The notes: generated by a model from the letters alone, not told the origin. A DNA stretch of 64,000 nt from Candidatus Gastranaerophilales bacterium (GCA_944326675.1 CALVET010000040.1:10552-74551); one strand, 5' to 3'. Counted from the first letter of the stretch, positions 27,915 through 39,048 are shown. Translations and numbers: made by a program.

Positions 27915-28835
27915 TTATTTCATTATTCTTGCCCATTTTTCAAAGGCTTTATAGTCTTTTTGCAGTTGAGTTATTAAAACTCTGATGTTGCCGAAATTTT
28001 CCTGATCTCTGAGTTTTTTTACAAATATTACTTTGATGATTTTTCCGTATATATTTTCATCAAACTCATATATATGAGCTTCTAAAATTTCTTGGTCTCC
28101 TTTTGTTAGCGTCGGTTTATTTCCCCAAGAAATTAATGCGGGGTGCATTTGTGCATCAATTTGAACAAAACCGAAATAAACGCCATAGGGAAGCTTTGCC
28201 ATGCTCTCGGGCCAAACAATGTTTGCAGTCGGATAACCCAGTGTTCTTGCTATTTTATCACCTTTTATAACTGAATTTCTAATTGAAAAATATCTTCCAA
28301 GAAAAGCTTTTATCGCGTTTAAGTGTCCGTATTGTATTCTTTTTCTTATTATAGTTGAGCTTACTTCTTCTTTGTCTTTATATTTATATTCTGGTACGGT
28401 TATACATTTATAATTATAATTTGTTTCGTAATCCTTTAAAAATGTGGGGTTTCCTTCTCTATCTTTACCAAAGGTGTGGTTATATCCGACTACAATAATT
28501 TTTGGTTCAAGATATTTAACCAAGACATTTTTAAGGTATTCATGTGCTGTTAAATCTTTATATAGTCCAAAATCAAGCTCATAAAGATAATCAATACCCA
28601 ATGATTGTATAATTAATTCTTTATCTTTGAAATTCTGAATATCGGGTGTTTTTTTTTGATTGAAATAATTTGCAGGATTGGTTTCAAAAGTTACTACCGC
28701 CGTTTTTAATCCTTCAGCCTTTGCTTGTTGGCTGAGTGTTGTAAGAATTTTTTTGTGTCCCAAATGTATCCCGTCAAAATATCCGAGAGCTATTGCCAAG
28801 CCTTTATTTTCAGTTATTTCACGCAGTATTTGCAT
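27915..28835 (-). CDS. ribF: Bifunctional riboflavin kinase / FMN adenylyltransferase
   Basis: ALGYFDGIHLGHKKIL N-terminal block and C-terminal kinase block GYPTANI...GVY. 306 aa. Confidence 0.93.
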   Translation of the reverse strand: MQILREITENKGLAIALGYFDGIHLGHKKILTTLSQQAKAEGLKTAVVTFETNPANYFNQKKTPDIQNFKDKELIIQSLGIDYLYELDFGLYKDLTAHEYLKNVLVKYLEPKIIVVGYNHTFGKDREGNPTFLKDYETNYNYKCITVPEYKYKDKEEVSSTIIRKRIQYGHLNAIKAFLGRYFSIRNSVIKGDKIARTLGYPTANIVWPESMAKLPYGVYFGFVQIDAQMHPALISWGNKPTLTKGDQEILEAHIYEFDENIYGKIIKVIFVKKLRDQENFGNIRVLITQLQKDYKAFEKWARIMK

Positions 28836-28846
28836 TGAATAAATCC

Positions 28847-31069
28847 TTATTGTTGTTTAGGGTGTTTTTGCGCTTTTTTTCTTTTTGAGGGTTTTGGCTG
28901 GTTTAGATTTTCTTTTTGTTGTAATCTTCTGACTGAATAAACATCTGTAATAGATTGTATGGCTAAAATAACTTTTTTTAGTGTTTCAATACTGTCCAGT
29001 TCGATACCCAAATCAATTATACCAAACTTTCTTCCTTTTAGATATGTATTTGAATATATTATATTGATACCCATATCGCCTGTTTTCATTAATATATCTC
29101 TTAAAATACCTACTCTGTCAAGACATTCAATTCTTAAATGAGCAAGATATGCTGCCTTAGCGGCATTTTGCGCCCAAGATATATCTATCATTCTTTCAGG
29201 TTCAATGTTATATAAGCATTTGCAATCCAGCCTGTGGACACTCACACCTTTAGAGCGAGTGATAACTCCGACAATGGGCTCTCCCGGAATTGGAGAGCAG
29301 CATTTTGCAAGAGACCACAATAAGCCCTCCAATCCTATTATATCATTCTTTTTGTTTTTACTTGGTTTTTTTTGTGCTTGCGTTTTTTCTTTTGCTAATT
29401 GTTCATTGGTTTTTGGGGCTTCGTATTTTTTTAGAACATTAAGCACTTTGTGAATTGTTGTTTCGCCGTATCCTAAAGCTGCATATAAATCATCAGCAGT
29501 TTTGTAATTCATTTCTTTAGCGGCTTTTTCTATTACACCTGTTTTTAACAGCTCATCAAAACAGGTTTTAGTTAATTCCATTTCAAGGTTTGTGCGTCCA
29601 ATTTGTATGTTGTCTTCTCGATTGAATTTTTTAAACCATTGACGAATTTTTGAACTTGCATTTTTTGTAACAACAAAATTCAACCAATCAATTTTTGGCA
29701 TGAATTGTTTTGATGTTAAAATTTCCACAATATCGCCGTTTTTTAGTTTTGTATCAAGCTGCGCAATTCTTCCGTTGATTAAAGCTCCAACGGTTCTATG
29801 TCCGACCTCTGTATGTATTCTATATGCAAAATCAACAGGGGTTGAATTTTGAGGTAAATCAAAAACATCTCCGTTCGGCGTAAAAACAAAAACCTGATCA
29901 GCAAATAAATCAAATTTAACTGATTCAACAAATTCTTTTGCATCTGTCGTATCTTGTTCAAGCTCCATCATTTTTCTCATCCAAGAAAATTGCATGTCTT
30001 GTTTGTTATTTGCTTTTATTGAACCTGCTTCTTTATATTTCCAATGCGCAGCAATCCCGTATTCTGCAATTTCGTGCATTTTGTGGGTTCTTATTTGTAT
30101 TTCAACCGGTTTATTTTTGTTTCCTATTACGGATGTATGCAATGAGCGATACATGTTGCCTTTTGGCATTGCAATATAGTCTTTAAAACGTCCGGGTATG
30201 GGTTTAAATAATTGGTGGATAATTCCCAGTACTTGATAACATTCTTTTTCGTTATCTACAATAACCCTAACTGCCGTTACGTCATAAAGTTGGTCAAAAG
30301 TTACGTTTTGCCTTTTCATCTTGTTGTAGATTGAATAATAATGCTTTGCTCTTCCTTTTACGGTTGCTTTAATTTTATTTTTTTCCAACTCTTTTTTTAT
30401 TGTTTCAATTAACGAGTTTATTGTAGAGTCTCTCATAGCTTTTGTTTCAGCTACGAGCTTTGCAATTTCATAGTATTTTTCGGGGTTTAAATATCTTAAA
30501 GACAAATCTTCCAATTCGGCTTTAATTTTCCCCATTCCGAGTCTGTTTGCTAAAGGAGCAAAAATATCCAGTGTTTCTTGGGCTATTTTCTTTTGTTTTG
30601 CAACCGCCATATAAGAAAGAGTTCTCATATTGTGCAGTCTGTCGGCTAACTTAAGAATAACTATTCTTATATCTTTTGCCATTGCGATAAACATTCTTCT
30701 GAAGTTTTCGGCTTGGCGTTCTTCTTTGGATTTAAATTGGTATTTTCCTAATTTCGTAACGCCCTGAACAAGATTTACAACATCAGGCCCGAATTTTTCT
30801 TCCATTTGCTGTGCTGTTGTGTCTGTGTCTTCAAGTACGTCGTGTAAAAATGCCGCAATAATTGTATCTTTATCCAGCTTTAAATCAACTAAAATTTTTG
30901 CAACTTCAACAGGATGGACAATATAAGGTTCTTGTGAAATCCTGAATTGTCCTTCATGAAGTTCTTTTGCCCACAAATAAGCTGACTCTATTTGTTCTAT
31001 ATCTTCTTGAGGCCTTTTTTGTTTATATAATGTATCTTTTATTTCATCAAATACTTTTTGATATGTCAT
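28847..31069 (-). CDS. rel: Bifunctional (p)ppGpp synthetase/hydrolase (RelA/SpoT homologue)
   Basis: HD block HDVLEDT, synthetase block YRSLHTSV, and TGS and ACT regions. Start placed at ATG 31069 (MTYQKVFDEI) by alignment to Rel N-termini. An alternative ATG lies at 31105. Confidence 0.93.
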   Translation of the reverse strand: MTYQKVFDEIKDTLYKQKRPQEDIEQIESAYLWAKELHEGQFRISQEPYIVHPVEVAKILVDLKLDKDTIIAAFLHDVLEDTDTTAQQMEEKFGPDVVNLVQGVTKLGKYQFKSKEERQAENFRRMFIAMAKDIRIVILKLADRLHNMRTLSYMAVAKQKKIAQETLDIFAPLANRLGMGKIKAELEDLSLRYLNPEKYYEIAKLVAETKAMRDSTINSLIETIKKELEKNKIKATVKGRAKHYYSIYNKMKRQNVTFDQLYDVTAVRVIVDNEKECYQVLGIIHQLFKPIPGRFKDYIAMPKGNMYRSLHTSVIGNKNKPVEIQIRTHKMHEIAEYGIAAHWKYKEAGSIKANNKQDMQFSWMRKMMELEQDTTDAKEFVESVKFDLFADQVFVFTPNGDVFDLPQNSTPVDFAYRIHTEVGHRTVGALINGRIAQLDTKLKNGDIVEILTSKQFMPKIDWLNFVVTKNASSKIRQWFKKFNREDNIQIGRTNLEMELTKTCFDELLKTGVIEKAAKEMNYKTADDLYAALGYGETTIHKVLNVLKKYEAPKTNEQLAKEKTQAQKKPSKNKKNDIIGLEGLLWSLAKCCSPIPGEPIVGVITRSKGVSVHRLDCKCLYNIEPERMIDISWAQNAAKAAYLAHLRIECLDRVGILRDILMKTGDMGINIIYSNTYLKGRKFGIIDLGIELDSIETLKKVILAIQSITDVYSVRRLQQKENLNQPKPSKRKKAQKHPKQQ

Positions 31070-31231
31070 TTTATTACCAATTATCCAAGCATGATTATAC
31101 AACATTTTATTTTATATAATATAGGTTAAACTCAAGAATACTTTATTTGGTATATTGTTTTATTTTTTTAACTATCAATTGTAATTTTTTTATTTGGTGC
31201 AATAAGTTTTATTTTTTGCTATATTAATGTG

Positions 31232-31513
31232 ATGATGGAAAATGCTTATAATAGTGTTGAACAGATAAAAAAATCGTTAGAACTTAATGGAAATGTTAAA
31301 TTTAAAATTAAAGTATCAGCAAACGCAAGGTCTAATTCCGTTGATTTTTGCGATGAATTTATTAAGATTAGAATTAAAGAAAGAGCAATTGAAGGTAGAG
31401 CTAATAAGGCAATAATAGAATTTTTATCTGAAATTTTAAAACACCCGAAAAGCAAAATAACAATATTAAACGGAGAGAAATCTTCAATAAAAACACTGCA
31501 AATTATAAAATAA
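31232..31513 (+). CDS. DUF167 (YggU-like) protein
   Basis: KIKVSANARSNSV...IKIRIKERAIEGRANKAIIEFLSEIL pattern. About 93 aa. Confidence 0.8.
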   Translation: MMENAYNSVEQIKKSLELNGNVKFKIKVSANARSNSVDFCDEFIKIRIKERAIEGRANKAIIEFLSEILKHPKSKITILNGEKSSIKTLQIIK

Positions 31514-31611
31514 ATGTTAAAAAATGTAAAATTATTATGTCTTTTTAAAATTTTACGGGCATTTTTTTTATTCAGTTGATTTATAGATTTTAAATATAGT
31601 GGAAGGTTATA

Positions 31612-33459
31612 ATGGAAAATAATAAGATAAAAGACGATAACAAGGCTTTAAAACGTTCAACCGTTCCCGATTTTAAAACATCCAATCCAATCGACAGTCA
31701 TAAAATAATGCCTTTGAATACAAGGACTTCAGCAAACAGACTGTATAGCGGATATACAAATTCAATTAATAAACAACTGGATGTTAACTATACGGAAATA
31801 ATTAACACTTTAAACTCTTCATTTTTTGATCAGGTTGATCCTGTGAGGTTATTTTATACTATTCATAATCAGGTTTGTTCAAAAATAGGAATAAATTTTT
31901 CTGCTTTAGGAATATGTAATCAAAATTCTAATTATATAAATGTAAAATTAATAGATAAATCAGGTTCGTCATACAATTCAATGATAATGTTGAATGATGA
32001 CGACAATGCTGTTGTTAGAGCTTATGAAACAAAACAAATAATAACAACAACTGATAGCAGTTATTTAAAATTAAATTATTTAAGTAATATATCTAATTCG
32101 CCTACTAATATTATTCCTCTTAATGCTTTTGGAGAATGCTTCGGTGTGGCGATTTTTTCTGACAACAATAATAATCAGTTTTTTGAAATTTATAAATTAA
32201 TAGCAAATTATTATGCAATGTTTTATAAAAACAGACAACTGATTGACTTGGTTGACAGAAACACTGACACCGATTCTTTAACCGGTTTATCAAATCATAA
32301 AAAATTACAAGAAGACTTGGCAGCTGAAATTTCTCAATGCTTAAATAATGATAAGCAGCTTGCATTTTGTATATTTGATATTGGAAATATTTCTGAAATT
32401 AATAATGAATTAGGTCATGCTAAAGGCGATATTGTAATTAAAGAAGTTGCAAAAAAAATTAAGAAGAATGTTCGAAATACGGATATTTTAGGCAGATACG
32501 GCGGGGATGAAATTGCAATTATCATGCCTGATACAACAGAAGAAGAAGCTAAATATGTATGCGAATTTCTTTTATATAATTTATCTTGTACAATGTTTGA
32601 TGATTTAGGACAATTGAAATTTTCTTGCGGAATTTCTTTATTGCCTCAATCTACAAATAAACAAGATAAATTAACTATATTAGCGGAACAAGCTCTTTAT
32701 ATTTCAAAAAGCAAGCGTGCTCAATCAGGTCAATCTGAAATTGTTTCGACTAACGATTTTAATTTCTGGGATGATGAAGCTCTTAAATGTTTTGCTCAGG
32801 TTTTGACAAGAAAACATGCCTCAATCGGTGTAAACATTGAAGAAGAATTAATTAATCAATTCCATAATGAAAAAATTGTTTCAAATGAACATTTGCTTGA
32901 TGTTGTTTCTTCTTTAGCTAATACAATAGATGCAAAAGATACATATACAAAAGGTCATTCTGCTGCTGTTTCAAGATATTCTGAAGCATTGGCAAGGGCT
33001 ATAAATCTGCCTGCAAATGAAGTAGAAAGAATAAAACTGGGTGCTCTTTTGCATGATATCGGTAAAATCGGCATCCCTGAACATGTCTTAAGAAAACCAA
33101 CAATGCTTTCAGATGATGAATGGGCAATTATGAAACAACATCCTTCAATTGGTGCTGATAAGGTGTTGAAACCTAATAAATCACTCCACGATTTAATTCC
33201 TATGGTTAAATATCACCACGAGCACATTGACGGAACAGGTTATCCTTATGGCTTAAAAGGAGATGAAATACCTTTGTCAGCCAGAATTGTTGCGGTTGCA
33301 GATGCATATCATGCGCTGATATCAGATAGGCCATATAGAAAAGGTTTGTCTGTTTCAAAAGCATGCGAAATTTTAAAAATGGGTGCCGGTGTTCAGTGGG
33401 ATAGAGAGCTTGTAAGACAATTTATTATCATTGCTCCGAGTCTTGCAACTAACATTTAA
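31612..33459 (+). CDS. GGDEF diguanylate cyclase domain fused to an HD-GYP phosphodiesterase domain, with an N-terminal sensor region
   Basis: RNTDILGRYGGDEIAII carries an RxxD I-site and GGDEI. HDIGKIGIP and HHEHIDGTGYPYGL form the HD-GYP signature. Confidence 0.85.
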   Translation: MENNKIKDDNKALKRSTVPDFKTSNPIDSHKIMPLNTRTSANRLYSGYTNSINKQLDVNYTEIINTLNSSFFDQVDPVRLFYTIHNQVCSKIGINFSALGICNQNSNYINVKLIDKSGSSYNSMIMLNDDDNAVVRAYETKQIITTTDSSYLKLNYLSNISNSPTNIIPLNAFGECFGVAIFSDNNNNQFFEIYKLIANYYAMFYKNRQLIDLVDRNTDTDSLTGLSNHKKLQEDLAAEISQCLNNDKQLAFCIFDIGNISEINNELGHAKGDIVIKEVAKKIKKNVRNTDILGRYGGDEIAIIMPDTTEEEAKYVCEFLLYNLSCTMFDDLGQLKFSCGISLLPQSTNKQDKLTILAEQALYISKSKRAQSGQSEIVSTNDFNFWDDEALKCFAQVLTRKHASIGVNIEEELINQFHNEKIVSNEHLLDVVSSLANTIDAKDTYTKGHSAAVSRYSEALARAINLPANEVERIKLGALLHDIGKIGIPEHVLRKPTMLSDDEWAIMKQHPSIGADKVLKPNKSLHDLIPMVKYHHEHIDGTGYPYGLKGDEIPLSARIVAVADAYHALISDRPYRKGLSVSKACEILKMGAGVQWDRELVRQFIIIAPSLATNI

Positions 33460-34186
33460 ATATTTTGGTTTTGATACCTAATTTTGCTAATCTGTATTGA
33501 ATTGAAACCAATAATACTCCAAACCCGTATTTAATTGAGCGAATTAAGTTTATTGAGCTTGCGCCGTCAAAATATTTCGTAGGGCAGGATATTTCGCCTA
33601 TGGCATAGTTTTTAAAATATATTAAAGCTAAAAGTTGATTATCAAAAATAAAATCATCGCTTAACTTATCAAAATTGATGTTGTTTAGAATATTGGCGCT
33701 AAAGGCTCTATATCCGCTATGGTATTCTGATAGACCTTTGTTTAACAATAAGTTTTGAAAAGCTGTTAAAAATTTGTTTGCGTAATATTTGTATTTTGGC
33801 ATTTTTGAATATTTTGCCGAATTTACAAGCATTCTTGAAGCTATTGCGCAATCATAATTGTTATATGCTATTAATGATGCTAAAGAAGGTACTAACCTCG
33901 GGTCATATTGAAAATCAGGATGCAGCATTATTATTATATCTGCACCGCTATTTAAGGCTTCTTTATAGCAGGTTTTTTGGTTTGCGCCGTAGCCGAGATT
34001 TTTTTTATGGCAAATAGTTTTTATATTTAGCTTTTTAGCTATGTTAACCGTTTTATCATCAGAACAATCGTCTACCAGAATAATTTCATCTGCAACATTT
34101 TTAGGAATTGCCTCAAATGTTTCTTTTAAAGTAGCCTGCGCATTATACGCAGGCATTACTATTATTATTTTTTTGTTGTTTATCAA
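33449..34186 (-). CDS. Family 2 glycosyltransferase
   Basis: IIVMPAYNAQATL...ILVDDCSDDKT block. Convergent 11-nt overlap with the GGDEF gene. Confidence 0.8.
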   Translation of the reverse strand: MINNKKIIIVMPAYNAQATLKETFEAIPKNVADEIILVDDCSDDKTVNIAKKLNIKTICHKKNLGYGANQKTCYKEALNSGADIIIMLHPDFQYDPRLVPSLASLIAYNNYDCAIASRMLVNSAKYSKMPKYKYYANKFLTAFQNLLLNKGLSEYHSGYRAFSANILNNINFDKLSDDFIFDNQLLALIYFKNYAIGEISCPTKYFDGASSINLIRSIKYGFGVLLVSIQYRLAKLGIKTKIFKC

Positions 34187-34189
34187 ATT

Positions 34190-35968
34190 TTACTGTACCT
34201 TCATTGGGTTTCTGAGTTTTAAGTGAAGTTCTCTCAGTTGTTCTTCTGAAGCTAAGGACGGTGCATTAGTCATCAAATCTTTTGCTTGAGAGTTTTTAGG
34301 AAATGCAATAACCTCTCTTATTGAGTTTGCTCTTAATAATAAGGCAACAAGTCTGTCAAGTCCTATTGCAAGACCGCCATGAGGAGGTGTGCCGTATTTA
34401 AAGGCATCAATCATAAATTCAAATTTTTCATGGATATCTTCTTGAGTCAAACCAAGAGCGTGGAACACTTTCTTTTGAATTTCGGCATCATGAATTCTGA
34501 TTGAGCCGCCGCCCAGTTCGTTGCCGTTATATATAATATCGTATGCAATTGATTTTACGTTGCCTTTATCTGTTTCTAATTTGTCTATGTCTTCCATAGC
34601 AGGCATTGTGAAAGGATGGTGCATAGATTTATATGTGTTATCTTCAAAACTGTATTCAAATAACGGGAAATCAACAACCCATAATAAGTCATGTTTTGAT
34701 TCGTCAATCATATTTAATTTTTTACCGAAGTATAATCTAAATCTTCCTAAAACATCAAATACGATTTGAGGGTAGTCGGCAACAAAGAAAACAATATCTC
34801 CGTTTTGAGCTTGCGCTCTTGTTTGAATTTCTTTAATTTGGTCTTCGTTTAAGAATTTTAAGACAGGAGATTTAACTGATCCATCTTCCATGTATGTAAT
34901 CCAAGCAAGACCTTTTGCACCAAATGATATTGCAAGATTTCTTACGTCGTCCATTTCTTTTCTTGAATATCCTGCAATACCTGGGATTTTAATTGCTCTA
35001 ACTGTTCCGCCTTGTTTAATTACGGATTTAAAGGCTTCAAATGTAGATTGCTCCATGATATCAGTAACGTTAAACAATTCCAAACCGAAACGAGTATCAG
35101 GCTTATCTGAACCAAATCTGTCCATTGCTTCTTTATATGTAATTCTTCTAAACGGAGCTTTTACTTCAACCCCTGCTGCTTTAAATGCGTTTTCAATAAG
35201 ACCTTCTGTCATTTTGATAACATCATCTTGGCTTACAAAAGACATTTCCATATCAACTTGAGTAAATTCAGGTTGTCTGTCTGCTCTTAAGTCTTCGTCT
35301 CTAAAACATTTTGCAATTTGATAATATTTTTCAAAACCTGCCACCATTAAAAGTTGTTTGAAAATTTGTGGTGATTGCGGCAGTGCATAAAATTTGCCGT
35401 CATGAATTCTTGAGGGGACAAGATAATCTCTTGCGCCTTCGGGAGTTGCTTTGATTAAGATTGGAGTTTCAACTTCCATAAAATCAAGGCTGTTAAGATA
35501 ATTTCTGATAGCTGTTACAATTTTATGACGAAGTTTGAAATTATTAACCATTTTTTCGCGTCTTAAATCCAAATAACGATATTTAAGGCGAACATCTTCT
35601 GATACATTGTCATCATCCAATACAAAAGGCAGTGTTTGAGCACTTGAAAGTATATTAACTTTTTTAGGATACATTTCAATTGTACCTGTTTTAAGTTTGT
35701 CGTTAATTGTATCATCGGGTCTTTTTGAAATTTCACCTTCAACTTGAATAACATATTCAGGTTTAATTTTTGATAAAACTTTGTGTACGTCGGGGTTAAT
35801 TTGAGGGTCTGCAACAAGTTGGAAAAGCCCCGTTTTATCTCTTAATTCAACAAAAATAATTCCGCCAAGGTCGCGAATTGTGCTTGCCCATCCTGCTAAA
35901 ACGGCAGTATTTCCGATATTTTGTTCGGATAGTTCCGTACAGCTTTGTTTTTTATAGGTTAATTCCAT
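34190..35968 (-). CDS. aspS: Aspartate--tRNA ligase
   Basis: Class II motifs FRDEDLRADRQPEFTQVD and GGLAIGLDRLV. 592 aa. Confidence 0.96.
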   Translation of the reverse strand: MELTYKKQSCTELSEQNIGNTAVLAGWASTIRDLGGIIFVELRDKTGLFQLVADPQINPDVHKVLSKIKPEYVIQVEGEISKRPDDTINDKLKTGTIEMYPKKVNILSSAQTLPFVLDDDNVSEDVRLKYRYLDLRREKMVNNFKLRHKIVTAIRNYLNSLDFMEVETPILIKATPEGARDYLVPSRIHDGKFYALPQSPQIFKQLLMVAGFEKYYQIAKCFRDEDLRADRQPEFTQVDMEMSFVSQDDVIKMTEGLIENAFKAAGVEVKAPFRRITYKEAMDRFGSDKPDTRFGLELFNVTDIMEQSTFEAFKSVIKQGGTVRAIKIPGIAGYSRKEMDDVRNLAISFGAKGLAWITYMEDGSVKSPVLKFLNEDQIKEIQTRAQAQNGDIVFFVADYPQIVFDVLGRFRLYFGKKLNMIDESKHDLLWVVDFPLFEYSFEDNTYKSMHHPFTMPAMEDIDKLETDKGNVKSIAYDIIYNGNELGGGSIRIHDAEIQKKVFHALGLTQEDIHEKFEFMIDAFKYGTPPHGGLAIGLDRLVALLLRANSIREVIAFPKNSQAKDLMTNAPSLASEEQLRELHLKLRNPMKVQ

Positions 35969-36013
35969 ATTTTCCCTCTCGTTTAATGTAATAGTGTAGC
36001 TATATTATAAAAT

Positions 36014-36042
36014 AAACAAAAAATTTTGAAAATTTTTTGTTT
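36014..36042. terminator. Perfect AT-only palindrome (14-bp arms) between the 36081 ORF and aspS
   Basis: AAACAAAAAATTTT-g-AAAATTTTTTGTTT. Could be a weak terminator of the upstream ORF or an operator for aspS. Confidence 0.35.
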
Positions 36043-36080
36043 ATAAATATTTTTATTTTGTTAAATTATAATAAAACTTA

Positions 36081-36983
36081 TCAGATATTGTTTCTGAAAA
36101 ATTCAGCTATGCTTATTTTTCCAAGAGCGTTTCTTTTGTAGCCTTTGTTGTATTCGTAAAGATTATGATTTTTAAAATTGAAAGATTCACCGGCTTTTTT
36201 GGCTCCACTACTAAATTCTTCCCAATTTTTCTTAAATCCAACTATGCAATTATTTAAAAAGTTGAATATTTCGCCACCCTTTGTACTGCCGTTAGCTGTT
36301 TTGTTAATTTCTGTTCCGTATGAAGATAATTTATCTCCCATAAAGTAGCTGAATGCTTCTTTGATATTTTGCACTCCGTTTGGTCCATTAGTTACATCTT
36401 TTTCAATTGAACTAATTGTAATTTTTGTAGGGTCAAAGATAGTTCTTCTGATTATTCTGCCATTTTGATATTCATCCATTATTTTTTGGATGTTATCGCT
36501 AAAGTCACTAAATATTATTTTGCTTTTTTCTTTTGTATCAATAAAATTTTGAAATGATTTTTCTTGAAATTTTTTAATTATGGAAATTACTTCATCATAT
36601 TCTTTTTTTGCGGCTTCAAGAATACTGTTTTCTCGGCTTATAATTGATTTTCCTCTTTCAATGATTTCTGATTCATAACCCAAGAGTTTTTTACTTCGGG
36701 CATCTTGAAGTGCGTTTACACCTATATTTGTTATTTCGGTCAGTTTTTTTTCAGGGTTTTTTACGGGATTTATATTTTTTGTTTTAAGTGAATTTATTAT
36801 TCCCATAAAAGTTGCAGCTACGGTCATCATCAAAGGAATGACAAAATTAAAATCTTTTGAGTTTGTTGATGTATAATTATTTAAATTTTTGCTGTTATAT
36901 ACAGTTGTTTTTGAATTTGAATTATAAGTATCCAATTTCCAGCCTGATTGGGCTGTAGAATAAATGGGGACAAGTGATGACAT
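36081..36983 (-). CDS. Hypothetical membrane-anchored protein
   Basis: 300 aa. Has an N/S/T-rich N-terminus, one TM helix (FVIPLMMTVAATFMGII), a coiled-coil-like middle and a Gly/Asn-rich C-terminus. Confidence 0.55.
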   Translation of the reverse strand: MSSLVPIYSTAQSGWKLDTYNSNSKTTVYNSKNLNNYTSTNSKDFNFVIPLMMTVAATFMGIINSLKTKNINPVKNPEKKLTEITNIGVNALQDARSKKLLGYESEIIERGKSIISRENSILEAAKKEYDEVISIIKKFQEKSFQNFIDTKEKSKIIFSDFSDNIQKIMDEYQNGRIIRRTIFDPTKITISSIEKDVTNGPNGVQNIKEAFSYFMGDKLSSYGTEINKTANGSTKGGEIFNFLNNCIVGFKKNWEEFSSGAKKAGESFNFKNHNLYEYNKGYKRNALGKISIAEFFRNNI

Positions 36984-37192
36984 TTTTCATCCTTCCAGAA
37001 TTGTATCGTTATGTTACTACAAAACTCGTATATAAAAAAATTTGCGAAAAACCCTTTTTATATAAAGAAATGTAAAAATATTTAATTTAAAAGTACAAAA
37101 ATATATTTGTAATATAATGTTTATTACAGTATATAAGCCGGGTCGGAATTAAAAACCTTACCGGTTAAAATAAATTAAGGAGAAAAGAAAAA

Positions 37193-38461
37193 ATGACACT
37201 TAAAAATTTTTTATTCACATCTGAATCTGTTACTGAAGGACACCCTGATAAAGTTTGTGACCAGATTTCAGATGCGATTTTGGATGAATTTTTAACAAAA
37301 GACCCAAAATCAAGAGTTGCAGCTGAAACCACTGTCACAACAGGTATGGCTTTAGTATGCGGCGAAATTACTTCAAATTGCTATGTAGATATTCCGTCTG
37401 TTGTTAGAAATACAATTAAATCAATCGGATATAACGGTGAAGAAGGCGGCGGATTTGATTATAAAACATGTGCAGTGTTAACTTCAATTGATGAACAATC
37501 AACTGATATTGCAGGCGGTGTAAATAAAGCTCTTGAATCAAGAGCAGATAATGCTGATACATCAAAAGATGAAACTCTTGATATAGGCGCAGGTGACCAA
37601 GGTATTATGTTTGGTTATGCTTGTAACGAAACAAAAGAATTAATGCCTCTGCCTATTGCTTTAGCTCATAAATTGGCATACAGATTATCTCAAGTAAGAA
37701 AACAAAAACTTGTAAATTACTTGCGTCCGGACGGAAAGAGCCAAGTTACCGTTGAATATAAAGACGGTAAACCTTTTAGAATTGATACTATAGTTATTTC
37801 AACCCAACATGATCCTGAAATTAACGGAAATAGTAATAATCAAAGAATTCAGGCAATAATTAGAGAAGATATGATTAATCTTGTTATCAAGCCTGTATTT
37901 GAAAATTATGATATAAAACCTGATGAAACTACAAAATATTTAATTAATCCTTCAGGAAGATTTGTAATCGGCGGACCTCAAGGAGATGCCGGTTTAACAG
38001 GCAGAAAAATAATAGTTGATACATACGGCGGATATGCTCGCCACGGCGGCGGTGCTTTTTCTGGTAAAGATCCTACCAAAGTTGACCGTTCTGCTGCTTA
38101 TGCTGCTCGCTGGGTTGCAAAAAACATTGTAAAAGCAGGATTAGCTGAAAAATGCGAAATCGAATTAGCTTATGCAATCGGAAAATCTCAACCTGTTTCT
38201 GTTTTGGTTGATACATTTAATACAGGAAGAATCGATGATGAAGTTCTGTCTGAAATTGTATCGGAAACATTTGATTTGAGACCTGCTGCTATTATTAAAC
38301 AGTTTGACTTAAGAAATTTACCTGCTAAAAATGGCGGAAAATTCTATCAAAAGTTGGCAGCATACGGGCATGTCGGAAGAGAGGATTTTGAAATTCCTTG
38401 GGAAGAAACGCAAATGACTGAAATATTAAATCAAAAGGCCTCTTTATTAACGGCAAAATAA
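37193..38461 (+). CDS. metK: S-adenosylmethionine synthetase
   Basis: [28 protein letters not shown] and [16 protein letters not shown] blocks. AAGGAG RBS. Confidence 0.97.
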   Translation: MTLKNFLFTSESVTEGHPDKVCDQISDAILDEFLTKDPKSRVAAETTVTTGMALVCGEITSNCYVDIPSVVRNTIKSIGYNGEEGGGFDYKTCAVLTSIDEQSTDIAGGVNKALESRADNADTSKDETLDIGAGDQGIMFGYACNETKELMPLPIALAHKLAYRLSQVRKQKLVNYLRPDGKSQVTVEYKDGKPFRIDTIVISTQHDPEINGNSNNQRIQAIIREDMINLVIKPVFENYDIKPDETTKYLINPSGRFVIGGPQGDAGLTGRKIIVDTYGGYARHGGGAFSGKDPTKVDRSAAYAARWVAKNIVKAGLAEKCEIELAYAIGKSQPVSVLVDTFNTGRIDDEVLSEIVSETFDLRPAAIIKQFDLRNLPAKNGGKFYQKLAAYGHVGREDFEIPWEETQMTEILNQKASLLTAK

Positions 38462-38470
38462 TATGATATA

Positions 38471-38501
38471 ATATAGCTGTCAAATTGACAGCTATATTTT
38501 T
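38471..38501 (+). terminator. Intrinsic terminator of metK
   Basis: ATATAGCTGTCA-aat-TGACAGCTATAT stem followed by TTTT. Confidence 0.85.
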
Positions 38502-38511
38502 AAGGTAAACA

Positions 38512-39048
38512 ATGAAAAAAAACAGTGAAACAAGAACTATTTCGGATTTATTAAATGATTCGATTTTTAATCAAACTTCTAAAAATAGATTAAACGGAGT
38601 TGTCAAACAATCAACAATTTTTTCTTTTTGGGATAATATTGTGGGAGCTAAATTTTCTAAGTTTACAAAACCATATTCAATTAAGTATCAAAAAATTTAT
38701 GTAAGTGTTAAAAGCCCTGTTGTTGCTCAGGAGTTGAGTTTATATAAAAATAAAATTCTAAAAAAAGTTAACTCATATTCTCAGCCGCTGGGTATGGAAA
38801 TCAAAGATATAATTTTTAATTATAAGAATTTTCATTCTTCAAATCCGATTGCTTCTTATGGTGTTGAAGATAAACCCGTATTTATAGATAGTACCAGACT
38901 AAATACCGTTAAATTGAGTTCTTCAACTCAAGATAAAATAAAAGAGCATGTCGGAAAAATTAAATTTTTAAACGAAAATCAAAAAGATAAACTTGTTTCA
39001 AAAATTTTGTCTACGTATCAAGCAAATGAACTAAGGAAAACGGACTAA
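38512..39048 (+). CDS. DUF721 (DciA-like) protein
   Basis: FWDNIVGAKFSKFTKPYSIKYQKIYVSVKSPVVAQELSLYKNKIL block, typical of DUF721. Confidence 0.7.
   Translation: MKKNSETRTISDLLNDSIFNQTSKNRLNGVVKQSTIFSFWDNIVGAKFSKFTKPYSIKYQKIYVSVKSPVVAQELSLYKNKILKKVNSYSQPLGMEIKDIIFNYKNFHSSNPIASYGVEDKPVFIDSTRLNTVKLSSSTQDKIKEHVGKIKFLNENQKDKLVSKILSTYQANELRKTD

Noticed and set aside
35969-36080. T-box leader upstream of aspS.
   Set aside because: The spacer is only ~110 nt, almost pure A/T, and lacks a T-box sequence or specifier-loop architecture. It contains only the AT palindrome, which is listed as a feature.
36995-37192. SAM riboswitch upstream of metK.
   Set aside because: Only a short hairpin (CCGG...CCGG at about 37139-37166) is present. 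I could not find the conserved cores of the SAM-I, -II, -III or SAM/SAH classes as I remember them. A covariance-model scan would be needed to exclude it fully.
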